This document shows positions 1-6,635 of a stretch of DNA of 39,774 nucleotides, piece by piece. Source of the stretch: a virus (taxonomy: Duplodnaviria > Caudoviricetes); IMG/VR virus record IMGVR_UViG_3300050153_000029, positions 1 through 39,774 of that record; one strand, 5' to 3'. The translations under genes and the position numbers were made by a program. Positions within the stretch are counted from its first letter, which is position 1. The number at the start of each line of letters is the position of its first letter. Under the pieces are notes generated by a model. It ran no database searches. It worked only from the letters and a program-made list of their open reading frames with translations, and was not told the origin of the DNA.

Positions 1-126
1 GTCCATTTGCCGTGTTTTGCGAACATGAAAATGCTTTCGCCGGGGCCTTTGCCAAAGTCAGCCACATCATCCGGAGTCACCCAAGCCACAGCCTCCCCGC
101 TCGCGGGCTGTGCCGGTGCAGAGAGG
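1..126. repeat. Terminal direct repeat copy 1 (circular overlap)
   Basis: Identical to 39627-39752; the sequences diverge afterwards (tgttcgag vs gcggcgct). Confidence 0.95.
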
Positions 127-239
127 TGTTCGAGAATGGCGAAGATGACGTTGCTAGTCAACTCAATCGGGCGTGTCTGGGCTTCATGGTGCTGAAGCGC
201 AACGAGCGCCTCGCGCAGCAGTTGTGTTTGGTCACTCAT
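1..239 (-). CDS. 5' part of modular early protein (MSDQTQLLREAL...LSAPAQPASGEAVAW), continuing across the circular junction into 38858-39752
   Basis: ATG at 239 overlaps the end of the upstream gene; the frame is open to the window edge and in frame with ORF 38858..39715. Confidence 0.8.
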   Translation of the reverse strand, partial: MSDQTQLLREALVALQHHEAQTRPIELTSNVIFAILEHLSAPAQPASGEAVAWVTPDDVADFGKGPGESIFMFAKHGKW

Positions 240-477
240 GGCTGGGCTCCTGGGTGGTGGCGAGTGCTCGACTCGACAGTTCGGCAATCCGCAGGTATTG
301 GTGTGTTGCGCTGTTGTTGCAGGCAAATTTCAGACGATGCTTGTCGATGAACTCTTGCGCCGCCGCTTCAAGTGTGGCGAACCATGCGCCATCGCTCATC
401 TGCTCAAAATCATGAGAAACCATGTGCGCCACGAAAGCGCTACGAAGGCGCACGGGAATAGGGCTATTGCGGCTCAC
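232..477 (-). CDS. Hypothetical phage protein
   Basis: GTG start in a GTGA overlap with the upstream stop; C-terminal part of track ORF 232..645. Confidence 0.65.
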   Translation of the reverse strand: MSRNSPIPVRLRSAFVAHMVSHDFEQMSDGAWFATLEAAAQEFIDKHRLKFACNNSATHQYLRIAELSSRALATTQEPSHE

Positions 478-650
478 TTGCTCCCCCCTTCTGCCTGGGC
501 GGCGGTGAGGGCGGCGGCACGATCCGAGCACGTGGGGACATGGCACAGAGGACCATCGACGTGCGCGCATTGCTGGTACAGCGGGCAATGGTGCTTGGGG
601 TCCGGCGACACACCGAACAAGCGGGAAAGCAGGTCGGAGAGCCATTTCAT
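474..650 (-). CDS. Small Cys/His-rich hypothetical protein (MKWLSDLLSRLFG...HCPLYQQCAHVDGPLCHVPTC), 58 aa
   Basis: Manually translated; ATGA and GTGA overlaps with both neighbours. Confidence 0.65.
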   Translation of the reverse strand: MKWLSDLLSRLFGVSPDPKHHCPLYQQCAHVDGPLCHVPTCSDRAAALTAAQAEGGSK

Positions 651-883
651 TTGGTGCCCCTGATGCGGTTGATGATCCCGTCGATGCGCGTCAGAGATTC
701 ATCCGAGCCCTTGGAATGAATGGCCCCCTGCCCCGCATCCATCAGTTCGCTCAGGAACTCGTAAGCAGTCAACATCAGCTCAGGGTCTTTCACGCGCCCC
801 ACCAAGTGCAGGTATTCAATCCTGCCCATTAGGCGCTGCATGATGGGGTCGCTGTCGTTGTGGCCTCGTTTGGGTTTGGGCAT
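647..883 (-). CDS. Hypothetical phage protein
   Basis: Abuts neighbours in the leftward operon; AAGGA SD. Confidence 0.7.
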   Translation of the reverse strand: MPKPKRGHNDSDPIMQRLMGRIEYLHLVGRVKDPELMLTAYEFLSELMDAGQGAIHSKGSDESLTRIDGIINRIRGTK

Positions 884-1675
884 TTAGATTTCCTTGTTTT
901 GTTGTTGAAGTTGCTTCTTGAGGGCTGCGACTTGTTCGGCCATCGCCCCGAGTCCTGCGGCCTTGATAACAGCGTCTTGCAGGTATGAGGGGGGGTCAGC
1001 CATGTCACGCTGATGGCTGGCAACGCTGGCGCGCAGAACAGCCAAAGCCTGCTCTTGGTCGAATACCTTTGACTCAAGCTCTTTGATCGCGGCGCGGGCG
1101 ATCAGCAGCTCAGAGTAGTAATCGCGTGCTGGCTGCACTGGCGGGGTGGGGGAGGCTTTGATCAGGGCGCGGCACAGGGCATACAGCACCTCGCCTGGCA
1201 CTCTGCGCTCCAGTAATTCGATGTCGGTGACGATGCAGCCCAGCCCAGGGCCTTGCACTTTGATCGCACGATCTGACTCAAAGGTGAGTCTCCACCCCTC
1301 CGGCACCGCAGCCACAGGTGCCACAGGCGCCACAGGTGCGGCAGGCTGGCGGGATTGCAGGGCTGCGCAGGCGATCTGCCGGTAAAAGTCGCGCACCCCG
1401 TTGGAGCCGTAGTCAACGGACATCTGAGTGGTGTGGCTGTTCCAGTCGGCGATCTTGCTCAACGCCACATCACGCTCATCTGCGGGCGCCTGGCTGGACA
1501 GGGCGGCGGGCTCTGCTGCACTGGATGCGAGGGTTGCGCGGTCTTGCGCCATGTATTCGAGTGTGATTTCGGCGACGTGCCGGGCGGCGCCTTTTTGCAG
1601 GCCAACAATACGCATCACAGTGGATGCAATGGCGTCAAGCTCAGGCAGCGGCGGCAGGGTGGGTGATGTGCTCAT
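884..1675 (-). CDS. Modular early protein (Ead/Eaa-style, Pro/Ala linkers, VPEGW motif, C-terminal coiled coil)
   Basis: MSTSPTLPPLPE start; linkers AALSSQAP, QPAAPVAPVAPVAAVPEGW, SPTPPVQP. Confidence 0.75.
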   Translation of the reverse strand: MSTSPTLPPLPELDAIASTVMRIVGLQKGAARHVAEITLEYMAQDRATLASSAAEPAALSSQAPADERDVALSKIADWNSHTTQMSVDYGSNGVRDFYRQIACAALQSRQPAAPVAPVAPVAAVPEGWRLTFESDRAIKVQGPGLGCIVTDIELLERRVPGEVLYALCRALIKASPTPPVQPARDYYSELLIARAAIKELESKVFDQEQALAVLRASVASHQRDMADPPSYLQDAVIKAAGLGAMAEQVAALKKQLQQQNKEI

Positions 1676-1740
1676 GTGCTCTTTCAATTGGTGGACGGCC
1701 TTGGTGCTAACCGGACCCTTGGGGGTGGCCGTCCGTAGGT

Positions 1741-2739
1741 TTAGGCGGCTTGCTTTGCAGCGGATCGGCGGGCCTCGCCTTCCTTCTTCAGCTCGCGGCG
1801 AACGTCAGAAGCAAGAAGGCCCCACAGCGCAATCTTTTGGTCTGCCTCAAGGTTTTCAGCCTCGACCAGATCAAAGGCAATCGGGGTGCCAGATTCAGGG
1901 CTACGAAAGGCCGCATCAACATTTGCAGACAGTTCGCGCAGGTACTCTTGCGCTTCAATTGATAGCTTCTCCATGTAGCCATCCTTTGGTGAACCGCCAG
2001 ATGGCATACCGCTTGTCGCCTGCGTTGTTCCTATGTCCGCTAGACCCTCCCCACCATCGGTATTCAGGTAGTGGATAGCGCGCTCAAGCGAAGACTTCTC
2101 AGCCTTTGGCCACATCTTGTATGCGCGCTTGATCACGGTCTTTTTGATCATCTCGCCTTCGTCTGTAACCCATGGGCACCGGGCTTTCTTCGACTCCCAC
2201 GCCTTCCATGCGCTTGACCTATTTCGAATCTCGTGCACCTCATCAATGCTCATGCAGGTTGTCAGGTAGTCTCCAGATGACGTTTTGACAACGCAGTAAG
2301 CGCCGATGATTGGCCCGCGATCTTTGGCAAATGGATTGCGTGTGTGTGTGGGCGGCTTATCAAATCCATTCAACGCGAACCCATCAGCCGTGTAGACAAC
2401 CTCAGCTTGGCCCCATTGGATGGCACCTGACTGGATAGCCAGATCAAGCAGGCCCATGTAAGAGATATCAAGGCAAATCTTCCCATCACGCGGGACAAGG
2501 TAGGCTTGCTTTTTCGCTGGGTTCAGGCTGATGCCTATAGCTGCAATGTTGTTCACAGCGTTCACCACAGACTGCCGATTGCTCATTGCAACTTTGCATG
2601 AGTAGTCGTTTGCTGTGATCGCTTGGATAGCAAAGCCTGCTTCTTTTTCAAAGTTCAGCTTGTCGTCGCTTCGCACGGAAACGAACGTATCCCGCGTGCC
2701 GTAAATGTCCTCGTGGAGGATAGCTAATGCGTTGCTCAT
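1741..2739 (-). CDS. recT: RecT-family single-strand annealing recombinase
   Basis: Motifs GISLNPAKKQAYLVPR, LDISYMGLL, PWVTDEGEMIKKTVIKRAYKMWP typical of RecT. Confidence 0.9.
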   Translation of the reverse strand: MSNALAILHEDIYGTRDTFVSVRSDDKLNFEKEAGFAIQAITANDYSCKVAMSNRQSVVNAVNNIAAIGISLNPAKKQAYLVPRDGKICLDISYMGLLDLAIQSGAIQWGQAEVVYTADGFALNGFDKPPTHTRNPFAKDRGPIIGAYCVVKTSSGDYLTTCMSIDEVHEIRNRSSAWKAWESKKARCPWVTDEGEMIKKTVIKRAYKMWPKAEKSSLERAIHYLNTDGGEGLADIGTTQATSGMPSGGSPKDGYMEKLSIEAQEYLRELSANVDAAFRSPESGTPIAFDLVEAENLEADQKIALWGLLASDVRRELKKEGEARRSAAKQAA

Positions 2740-2975
2740 GACTTGCTCACATAAAGCTGCGACCAGTCAACGCGGCTCAACTCTTCGTAGCCCCAGCCGA
2801 TCAAAAATGCCGCGATGGCGACAGAGGCAAGATAGATAACCGCGATGGCAGCGCTCTCTAGCAATGGGCGGCGCTTGGCTTTGTGCGGCCCGTCAATCTG
2901 GCCAGGTGCAAAGCGGTGCAATGGGTGCTTGTCGGTGTCGATCATTTGGTAGCCCTCCGATGTGATGAGGTTCAT
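2736..2975 (-). CDS. Small membrane protein
   Basis: One hydrophobic segment (AAIAVIYLASVAIAAFLIGWGY); ATGA overlaps. Confidence 0.65.
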   Translation of the reverse strand: MNLITSEGYQMIDTDKHPLHRFAPGQIDGPHKAKRRPLLESAAIAVIYLASVAIAAFLIGWGYEELSRVDWSQLYVSKS

Positions 2976-3220
2976 GCGTGGTCTGGGTCTTCGGTCAGCA
3001 GTACGGCGGCAGGCTTGGGCTCAAGCGTGTAGTGAGCGATCAAGTGCTTAACGACTGCTTCGATTTCGTACCGCTGCAAATAAGCGCCGTAGTCGTTTTT
3101 GCTCAGGAGGCAATCGACCTCATGAGCAAGCGCTGCCTCATGACTAGCGTGCTCTGTGCCGTCTTCGGCGACATGTACGTAGCGTGTGATGACTTTTGGC
3201 ATATCAGGCTTTCTTGGCAA
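2972..3220 (-). CDS. Hypothetical phage protein
   Basis: Fills the operon gap; stop overlaps the next start. Confidence 0.6.
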   Translation of the reverse strand: MPRKPDMPKVITRYVHVAEDGTEHASHEAALAHEVDCLLSKNDYGAYLQRYEIEAVVKHLIAHYTLEPKPAAVLLTEDPDHA

Positions 3221-3388
3221 TCACAACGACCGCGCTAAAATTGGAATGGCATTGTTGGGGTGGACGTTGCAGTGATCGCCGGTATCCAACATCAAGACGC
3301 GGTAGCAGTTGATCGCCCGGTATTGGCCGACGATCACGCCCACGCGCCACACCTCGCCTTTTTTCGTGCAGAAAAGGACTTTGACCAT
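3221..3388 (-). CDS. Hypothetical small beta-rich protein
   Basis: MVKVLFCTKKGEV start overlapping the upstream TGA. Confidence 0.55.
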   Translation of the reverse strand: MVKVLFCTKKGEVWRVGVIVGQYRAINCYRVLMLDTGDHCNVHPNNAIPILARSL

Positions 3389-3636
3389 CACGCCACCTTC
3401 ACAGGCAGGCGCCACAGACCAAGGCACTTAACGCGCATACCGCGCTCGCAACTCAGGCCGGGCTTGACTGCGCTTAAGGCTTGGAACTTCTGCGATGCGC
3501 CGAACTGAGCCTTGATTTCAAGCGTCAGCGGGTTGAACAGATACCAGTCGTCATCGTTGAACTTGCTGGCTGGCACGGTCATGTCGCCGTAGCCCAGTTC
3601 GGCCAGAACGCTTTGTGCTATGTCTGCGTGTCCCAT
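3388..3636 (-). CDS. Hypothetical phage protein
   Basis: MGHADIAQ start in a TAATG overlap, AGGAGG SD. Confidence 0.7.
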   Translation of the reverse strand: MGHADIAQSVLAELGYGDMTVPASKFNDDDWYLFNPLTLEIKAQFGASQKFQALSAVKPGLSCERGMRVKCLGLWRLPVKVA

Positions 3637-4229
3637 TACGCCGCCTCCTGTTGAGCAACCGGCGACCATTGGCCAGCCGTCACGAGATAGCGGAATCGTT
3701 GAGCCATTGCGGCACAAGCAGCGTCCCTAGCAGCGGCACAAGCAGCGGCACTAGCAGCGTCCCAAGCAGCGTCCCAAGCAGCGGCACAAGCAGCGGCACT
3801 AGCAGCGTCCCAAGCAGCGGCACAAGCAGCGGCACAAGCAGCGGCACTAGCAGCGTCCCAAGCAGCGGCACAAGCAGCGGCACTAGCAGCGTCCCAAGCA
3901 GCGGCACAAGCAGCGGACAATTCATTGTCTGTGGCTTCGCCATTTGCATGGCGGCGGGCAACATCCAGCGCGGCAGTGCTGCGCGCATCGGTCATCAGGT
4001 GGTGCACAGACTCGGCGCAATCGACCGCGAAGTGGCGCCACAGCGCCGCTTGCTCTGGCTCTGCGCGACAGCACCACAACGCATCATCAAGGCCATTGCT
4101 TTCGAGGATGGTGACGAACGAAACAGGTTCGTCATCCGGCTTTGTCTTGCCCAGGTGCTTGAGCAACTTTGTCCAACCTTCTGCGCAAGGCGAGTGCTCG
4201 CGGATTCGGTTCAGTGTTGTGTGGATCAT
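3636..4229 (-). CDS. Imm5-like helical protein with Ala-rich tetrapeptide repeat
   Basis: N-terminus TTLNRIREHSPCAEGW...NGLDDALWC; RHFAVDCAESV...AALDVARRHANGEAT resembles the Imm-5-like domain; 17 AAxx repeats. Confidence 0.8.
   Translation of the reverse strand: MIHTTLNRIREHSPCAEGWTKLLKHLGKTKPDDEPVSFVTILESNGLDDALWCCRAEPEQAALWRHFAVDCAESVHHLMTDARSTAALDVARRHANGEATDNELSAACAAAWDAASAAACAAAWDAASAAACAAACAAAWDAASAAACAAAWDAAWDAASAAACAAARDAACAAMAQRFRYLVTAGQWSPVAQQEAA
3711..3914 (-). repeat. Tandem array of 17 x 12 nt, GCTGCT(T/A)G(T/G)G(C/A)C
   Basis: Units encode AACA x7, AAWD x5, AASA x4, AARD x1. Confidence 0.95.
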
Positions 4230-4270
4230 CTATCACCCCTTGTTGCTGACAACGCCCGAAGGCGCATATA

Positions 4271-4552
4271 TCAAAAGCCGTAGCCGTTGCCGTCGCCGTT
4301 GCCGTCGCCGTAGCCGTTGCCGTCGCCGTTGCCGTCGCCGTCGCCGTCGCCGTTGCCGTCGCCGTAGCCGTCGCCGTAGCCGTTGCCGTAGCCGTTGCCG
4401 TAGCCGTCGCCGTAGCCGTAGCCGTAGCCGTAGCCGTAGCCGTAGCCGTAGCCGTAGCCGTCGCCGTAGCCGTAGCCGTAGCCGTAGCCGTAGCCGTAGC
4501 CGTAGCCGTGACTTATCGCTACAGCCTCGCCATCAATCAGCGCGCGGCCCAC
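4271..4552 (-). CDS. Gly-Tyr/Asp/Asn dipeptide-repeat protein, 93 aa
   Basis: GTG at 4552 with GAGG 7 nt upstream, overlapping the end of the DUF6948-like gene; ends GYGF-TGA. Confidence 0.7.
   Translation of the reverse strand: MGRALIDGEAVAISHGYGYGYGYGYGYGYGDGYGYGYGYGYGYGYGYGDGYGNGYGNGYGDGYGDGNGDGDGDGNGDGNGYGDGNGDGNGYGF
4277..4507 (-). repeat. Hexanucleotide array (GGC NAC) x38.5
   Basis: All Gly codons are GGC; second codons are TAC x21, GAC x10, AAC x7. Confidence 0.95.
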
Positions 4553-4788
4553 TTGGTGGCCTCGCAATCCAGCGATGCAACGATGCCCAGAGCGTGCAAG
4601 CGCACGGTCCCGAATTCATCCAGCACAGTCGATTCGGTGGGGCCGTTTTTTGCGATCTCGCCAAGGCCTTTGCTAGTGCCCCAGCGGCGCACGCATTGAG
4701 CGTTGTTGATGGTCACGTCATCACCGTCCCGGCTGACATCACCCACAAACACCCAACCACGTTGGGCAATCACGATTTGCTTTGACAT
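4537..4788 (-). CDS. DUF6948-like small beta protein, first gene of the PL operon
   Basis: IVIAQRGWVFVG...NAQCVRRWGTSKGLGEIAKNGP matches recalled family; GGAG SD. Confidence 0.8.
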   Translation of the reverse strand: MSKQIVIAQRGWVFVGDVSRDGDDVTINNAQCVRRWGTSKGLGEIAKNGPTESTVLDEFGTVRLHALGIVASLDCEATKWAAR

Positions 4789-4852
4789 TGCTTCACTCCA
4801 TCTAAGGGCGTCTAGCCCAGTTGCTGACGCGTTGTTTGCGTCGATGGGATGA

Positions 4853-4881
4853 AGTATCAGCCTACTGATAAGCCTTGTCAA
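4853..4881 (-). promoter_or_regulatory. PL early leftward promoter
   Basis: TTGACA (4881-4876), 17 bp, GATACT (4858-4853); same hexamers as lambda PL. Confidence 0.85.
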
Positions 4882-4931
4882 TCAGTAGGCTGATAAATAT
4901 ACGATTGTTTTTTTATATCAGCTTGCTGATT
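4855..4931. promoter_or_regulatory. OL: three 16-bp palindromic operators (TATCAG-N4-CTGATA)
   Basis: 4855-4870 tatcagcctactgata; 4880-4895 aatcagtaggctgata; 4916-4931 tatcagcttgctgatt. Confidence 0.85.
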
Positions 4932-5042
4932 TTGTTAGATGTGCTTAGCGCTTACGTCGCGGACACTTGCGGCCCTGATCGCAGCCGCCGTCAACGCGGT
5001 GACAGACGCATGGCGGTTGAGTCGCCCAATCCGCCAAGACAG

Positions 5043-5064
5043 AAAAAAGGCGCACAAGGCGCCT
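5043..5064 (-). terminator. Intrinsic terminator downstream of cI
   Basis: Minus strand AGGCGC-cttgt-GCGCCT followed by a U tract. Confidence 0.7.
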
Positions 5065-5097
5065 GATTGCTCGAATTATTGCCATCCCTAATACCTA

Positions 5098-5493
5098 TCA
5101 ATGTGGTGGTCTAGCCTCATAAGTGTTTCCGCCATCCCACATAAGCACCGGCTGGGTCGGCTTTAGCAGCGACCTGGCCATCGTTAGGAGCATGTCTCGT
5201 TGCTCTTTACTGATGGACCGGATGATGTAAGCGGCCTCTGCTTCCGCGATTGCCACTGATTCGTCGGTGTTCAGTGGCCCTCCCCAAAGTAAAAATTCTG
5301 GCGTCAATCTCAACTCCCTACACAACTTAGCCAAGTTTTCGCCGGATATGGATTTCGATGTTCCATTCTCCAGGCCCGACAGTGCAGGTTGTTTTACCCC
5401 GGACCTCTTGGCTAGGTCAATCTGGGTTAAGCCCATGGATTCTCGGCGGGCGACTATGCGCGCGCCCATGCTGGTCTGACTCATTGCATTCAC
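5098..5493 (-). CDS. cI: CI-like XRE repressor, HTH plus short C-terminal domain (start uncertain: 5493/5484/5469)
   Basis: GARIVARRESMGLTQIDLAKRSGVKQPALSGLENG HTH; divergent from cro; lies between OL and OR. Confidence 0.85.
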   Translation of the reverse strand: MNAMSQTSMGARIVARRESMGLTQIDLAKRSGVKQPALSGLENGTSKSISGENLAKLCRELRLTPEFLLWGGPLNTDESVAIAEAEAAYIIRSISKEQRDMLLTMARSLLKPTQPVLMWDGGNTYEARPPH

Positions 5494-5539
5494 CCGATAG
5501 CTTCACTGCATTGATGTTTGCATGTTCGTAGAAATGGCA

Positions 5540-5582
5540 TATCAGCTTGGTGATTGACAGCGCGTATCAGCACGCTGATAAT
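5540..5582 (+). promoter_or_regulatory. OR operators and PR promoter
   Basis: Operators 5540-5555 tatcagcttggtgatt and 5565-5580 tatcagcacgctgata; TTGACA 5554-5559, 17 bp, GATAAT 5577-5582. Confidence 0.85.
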
Positions 5583-5588
5583 GAGGGA

Positions 5589-5792
5589 ATGGACTGGAAA
5601 CAAATCATCTCTGATCTGACCTCTACCGGCCTCACGCAGACCGATATCGCGCTGCGCGTCAACTTGACGCAAGGCGCCGTAAGCGATCTTTCCACCGGAA
5701 AGACGCGTGAGCCATTCCACACAACAGGGGAGCTGCTCCGGGCACTGCACCGCAAGCACATGAAGCCCCGCAAACCCGCCAAGGTGGACTAA
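5589..5792 (+). CDS. cro: Cro-like HTH repressor
   Basis: MDWKQIISDLTSTGLTQTDIALRVNLTQGAVSDLSTGKTREP; first gene after PR. Confidence 0.85.
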   Translation: MDWKQIISDLTSTGLTQTDIALRVNLTQGAVSDLSTGKTREPFHTTGELLRALHRKHMKPRKPAKVD

Positions 5793-5951
5793 ATGCGCGC
5801 CCTCTACATCTGCGCCGTCTTCGCGGCCTTCGTCGTATCGACTGCGCTCACGCTGCCCGCAGTTGCCCTGCGCGGCGTCAGCATTGCGCTTGATGCCGCT
5901 GCCGCTGCCCTGCTGTGGCTCGCTGCTGCGATAGAGCGGCAGGTGTCCTGA
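5793..5951 (+). CDS. Small hydrophobic protein (MRALYICAVFAAFVVSTALTLP...), 52 aa
   Basis: Manually translated; abuts the cro stop; one or two hydrophobic segments. Confidence 0.55.
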   Translation: MRALYICAVFAAFVVSTALTLPAVALRGVSIALDAAAAALLWLAAAIERQVS

Positions 5952-5961
5952 ATGCTTTTCC

Positions 5962-6066
5962 ACCCGCACGCTTCCCCGGCCATGCAGTCCCGCCCTTGCG
6001 GCTGCTTTTCCTCCCTGAGCAGTGATGCCCCCGCATCTTTGCATGGCCAGGCGTGCGGGTCTTTTC
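5962..6066 (+). ncRNA. Candidate structured RNA: four-way junction with a UUCCUCCCU loop and a 3' U tract
   Basis: Stems 5962-71/6051-60, 5978-86/6040-48, 5990-93/5998-6001, 6002-07/6017-22, 6024-28/6033-37. Confidence 0.6.
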
Positions 6067-6260
6067 ATAGCTCGTCCATATCCCAGAGCCAGTACAGCAC
6101 TGCTGCGGCCTGTGATTCGAGCCGGTCAAGTAGCGCCTTGAGCGTGGCGGATGCCCATTCGGAATCATTTGAGTTTTGCGTGTTCATGGTGGCAATTTTT
6201 TGCCCGCCCCAACCTGTCACGCAACCTGTAAACGAACCAATTTTTGCTATTGGGGGCGTG

Positions 6261-6635
6261 ATGTACCAGTCAGAAATCTCTATTCCACGCTTGGTCAAAA
6301 TCCCGTCATGGGTAGATCAACAGGCAGTCAACGGCTGGGCCACATGGCGTGACGCCGTCCTCTGGTGCTGGGAGCACAGACCAGATCGCGGGATGAACGA
6401 GATTGGCGACCAGGCCACGTTCCGTCTGCTGTGCGTGCGTGCCTACAAGGTCAACGTGCACGCCCCCCATGTATCGCGCTGGGTCAACCCAAGTACCAAG
6501 GCCCCGATGGACCTCCCGCCTGACCTTGTGTCGGCTTTCGAGGAGTTCACCGGCTGGCATGGGCTCACCCAGTTTTTCAACCGCAAGGCAAAGACGACTT
6601 GCCTTGAAGAGATGCAAGCAAGGATGGCGGCATGA
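6261..6635 (+). CDS. CII-like transcriptional regulator
   Basis: Position between cro and the replication genes; HTH-like VHAPHVSRWVNP...DLP...FEEFTG; GGGGG SD. Confidence 0.65.
   Translation: MYQSEISIPRLVKIPSWVDQQAVNGWATWRDAVLWCWEHRPDRGMNEIGDQATFRLLCVRAYKVNVHAPHVSRWVNPSTKAPMDLPPDLVSAFEEFTGWHGLTQFFNRKAKTTCLEEMQARMAA

Noticed and set aside
1-126. Physical terminal repeats of virion DNA
   Set aside because: The repeat falls mid-gene far from the terminase region and ends at a branch point; an assembly overlap is more likely
1311-1340. 9-nt tandem repeat (APV x3)
   Set aside because: Simple linker expansion within a modular protein
3711-3914. CRISPR array
   Set aside because: 12-nt tandem units without spacers, in frame in a gene; no cas genes
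4277-4507. Diversity-generating retroelement suggested by NAC codon variation
   Set aside because: No reverse transcriptase or TR/VR pair; the second A never varies; a tandem hexamer expansion explains it
3615-4785. Plus-strand ORFs 3615..4283 and 3925..4785, and minus ORF 3680..3988
   Set aside because: Alternative frames left open by the repeats; they lack RBS and operon context
4940-5040. Small hairpins between OL3 and the cI terminator
   Set aside because: Short GC-rich stems with no convincing promoter; not distinguishable from chance by eye
5490-6068. 192-aa minus-strand ORF and the N-terminal extension of ORF 5952..6635
   Set aside because: Antisense to cro or spanning the structured RNA; no protein-like features; a better start exists at 6261
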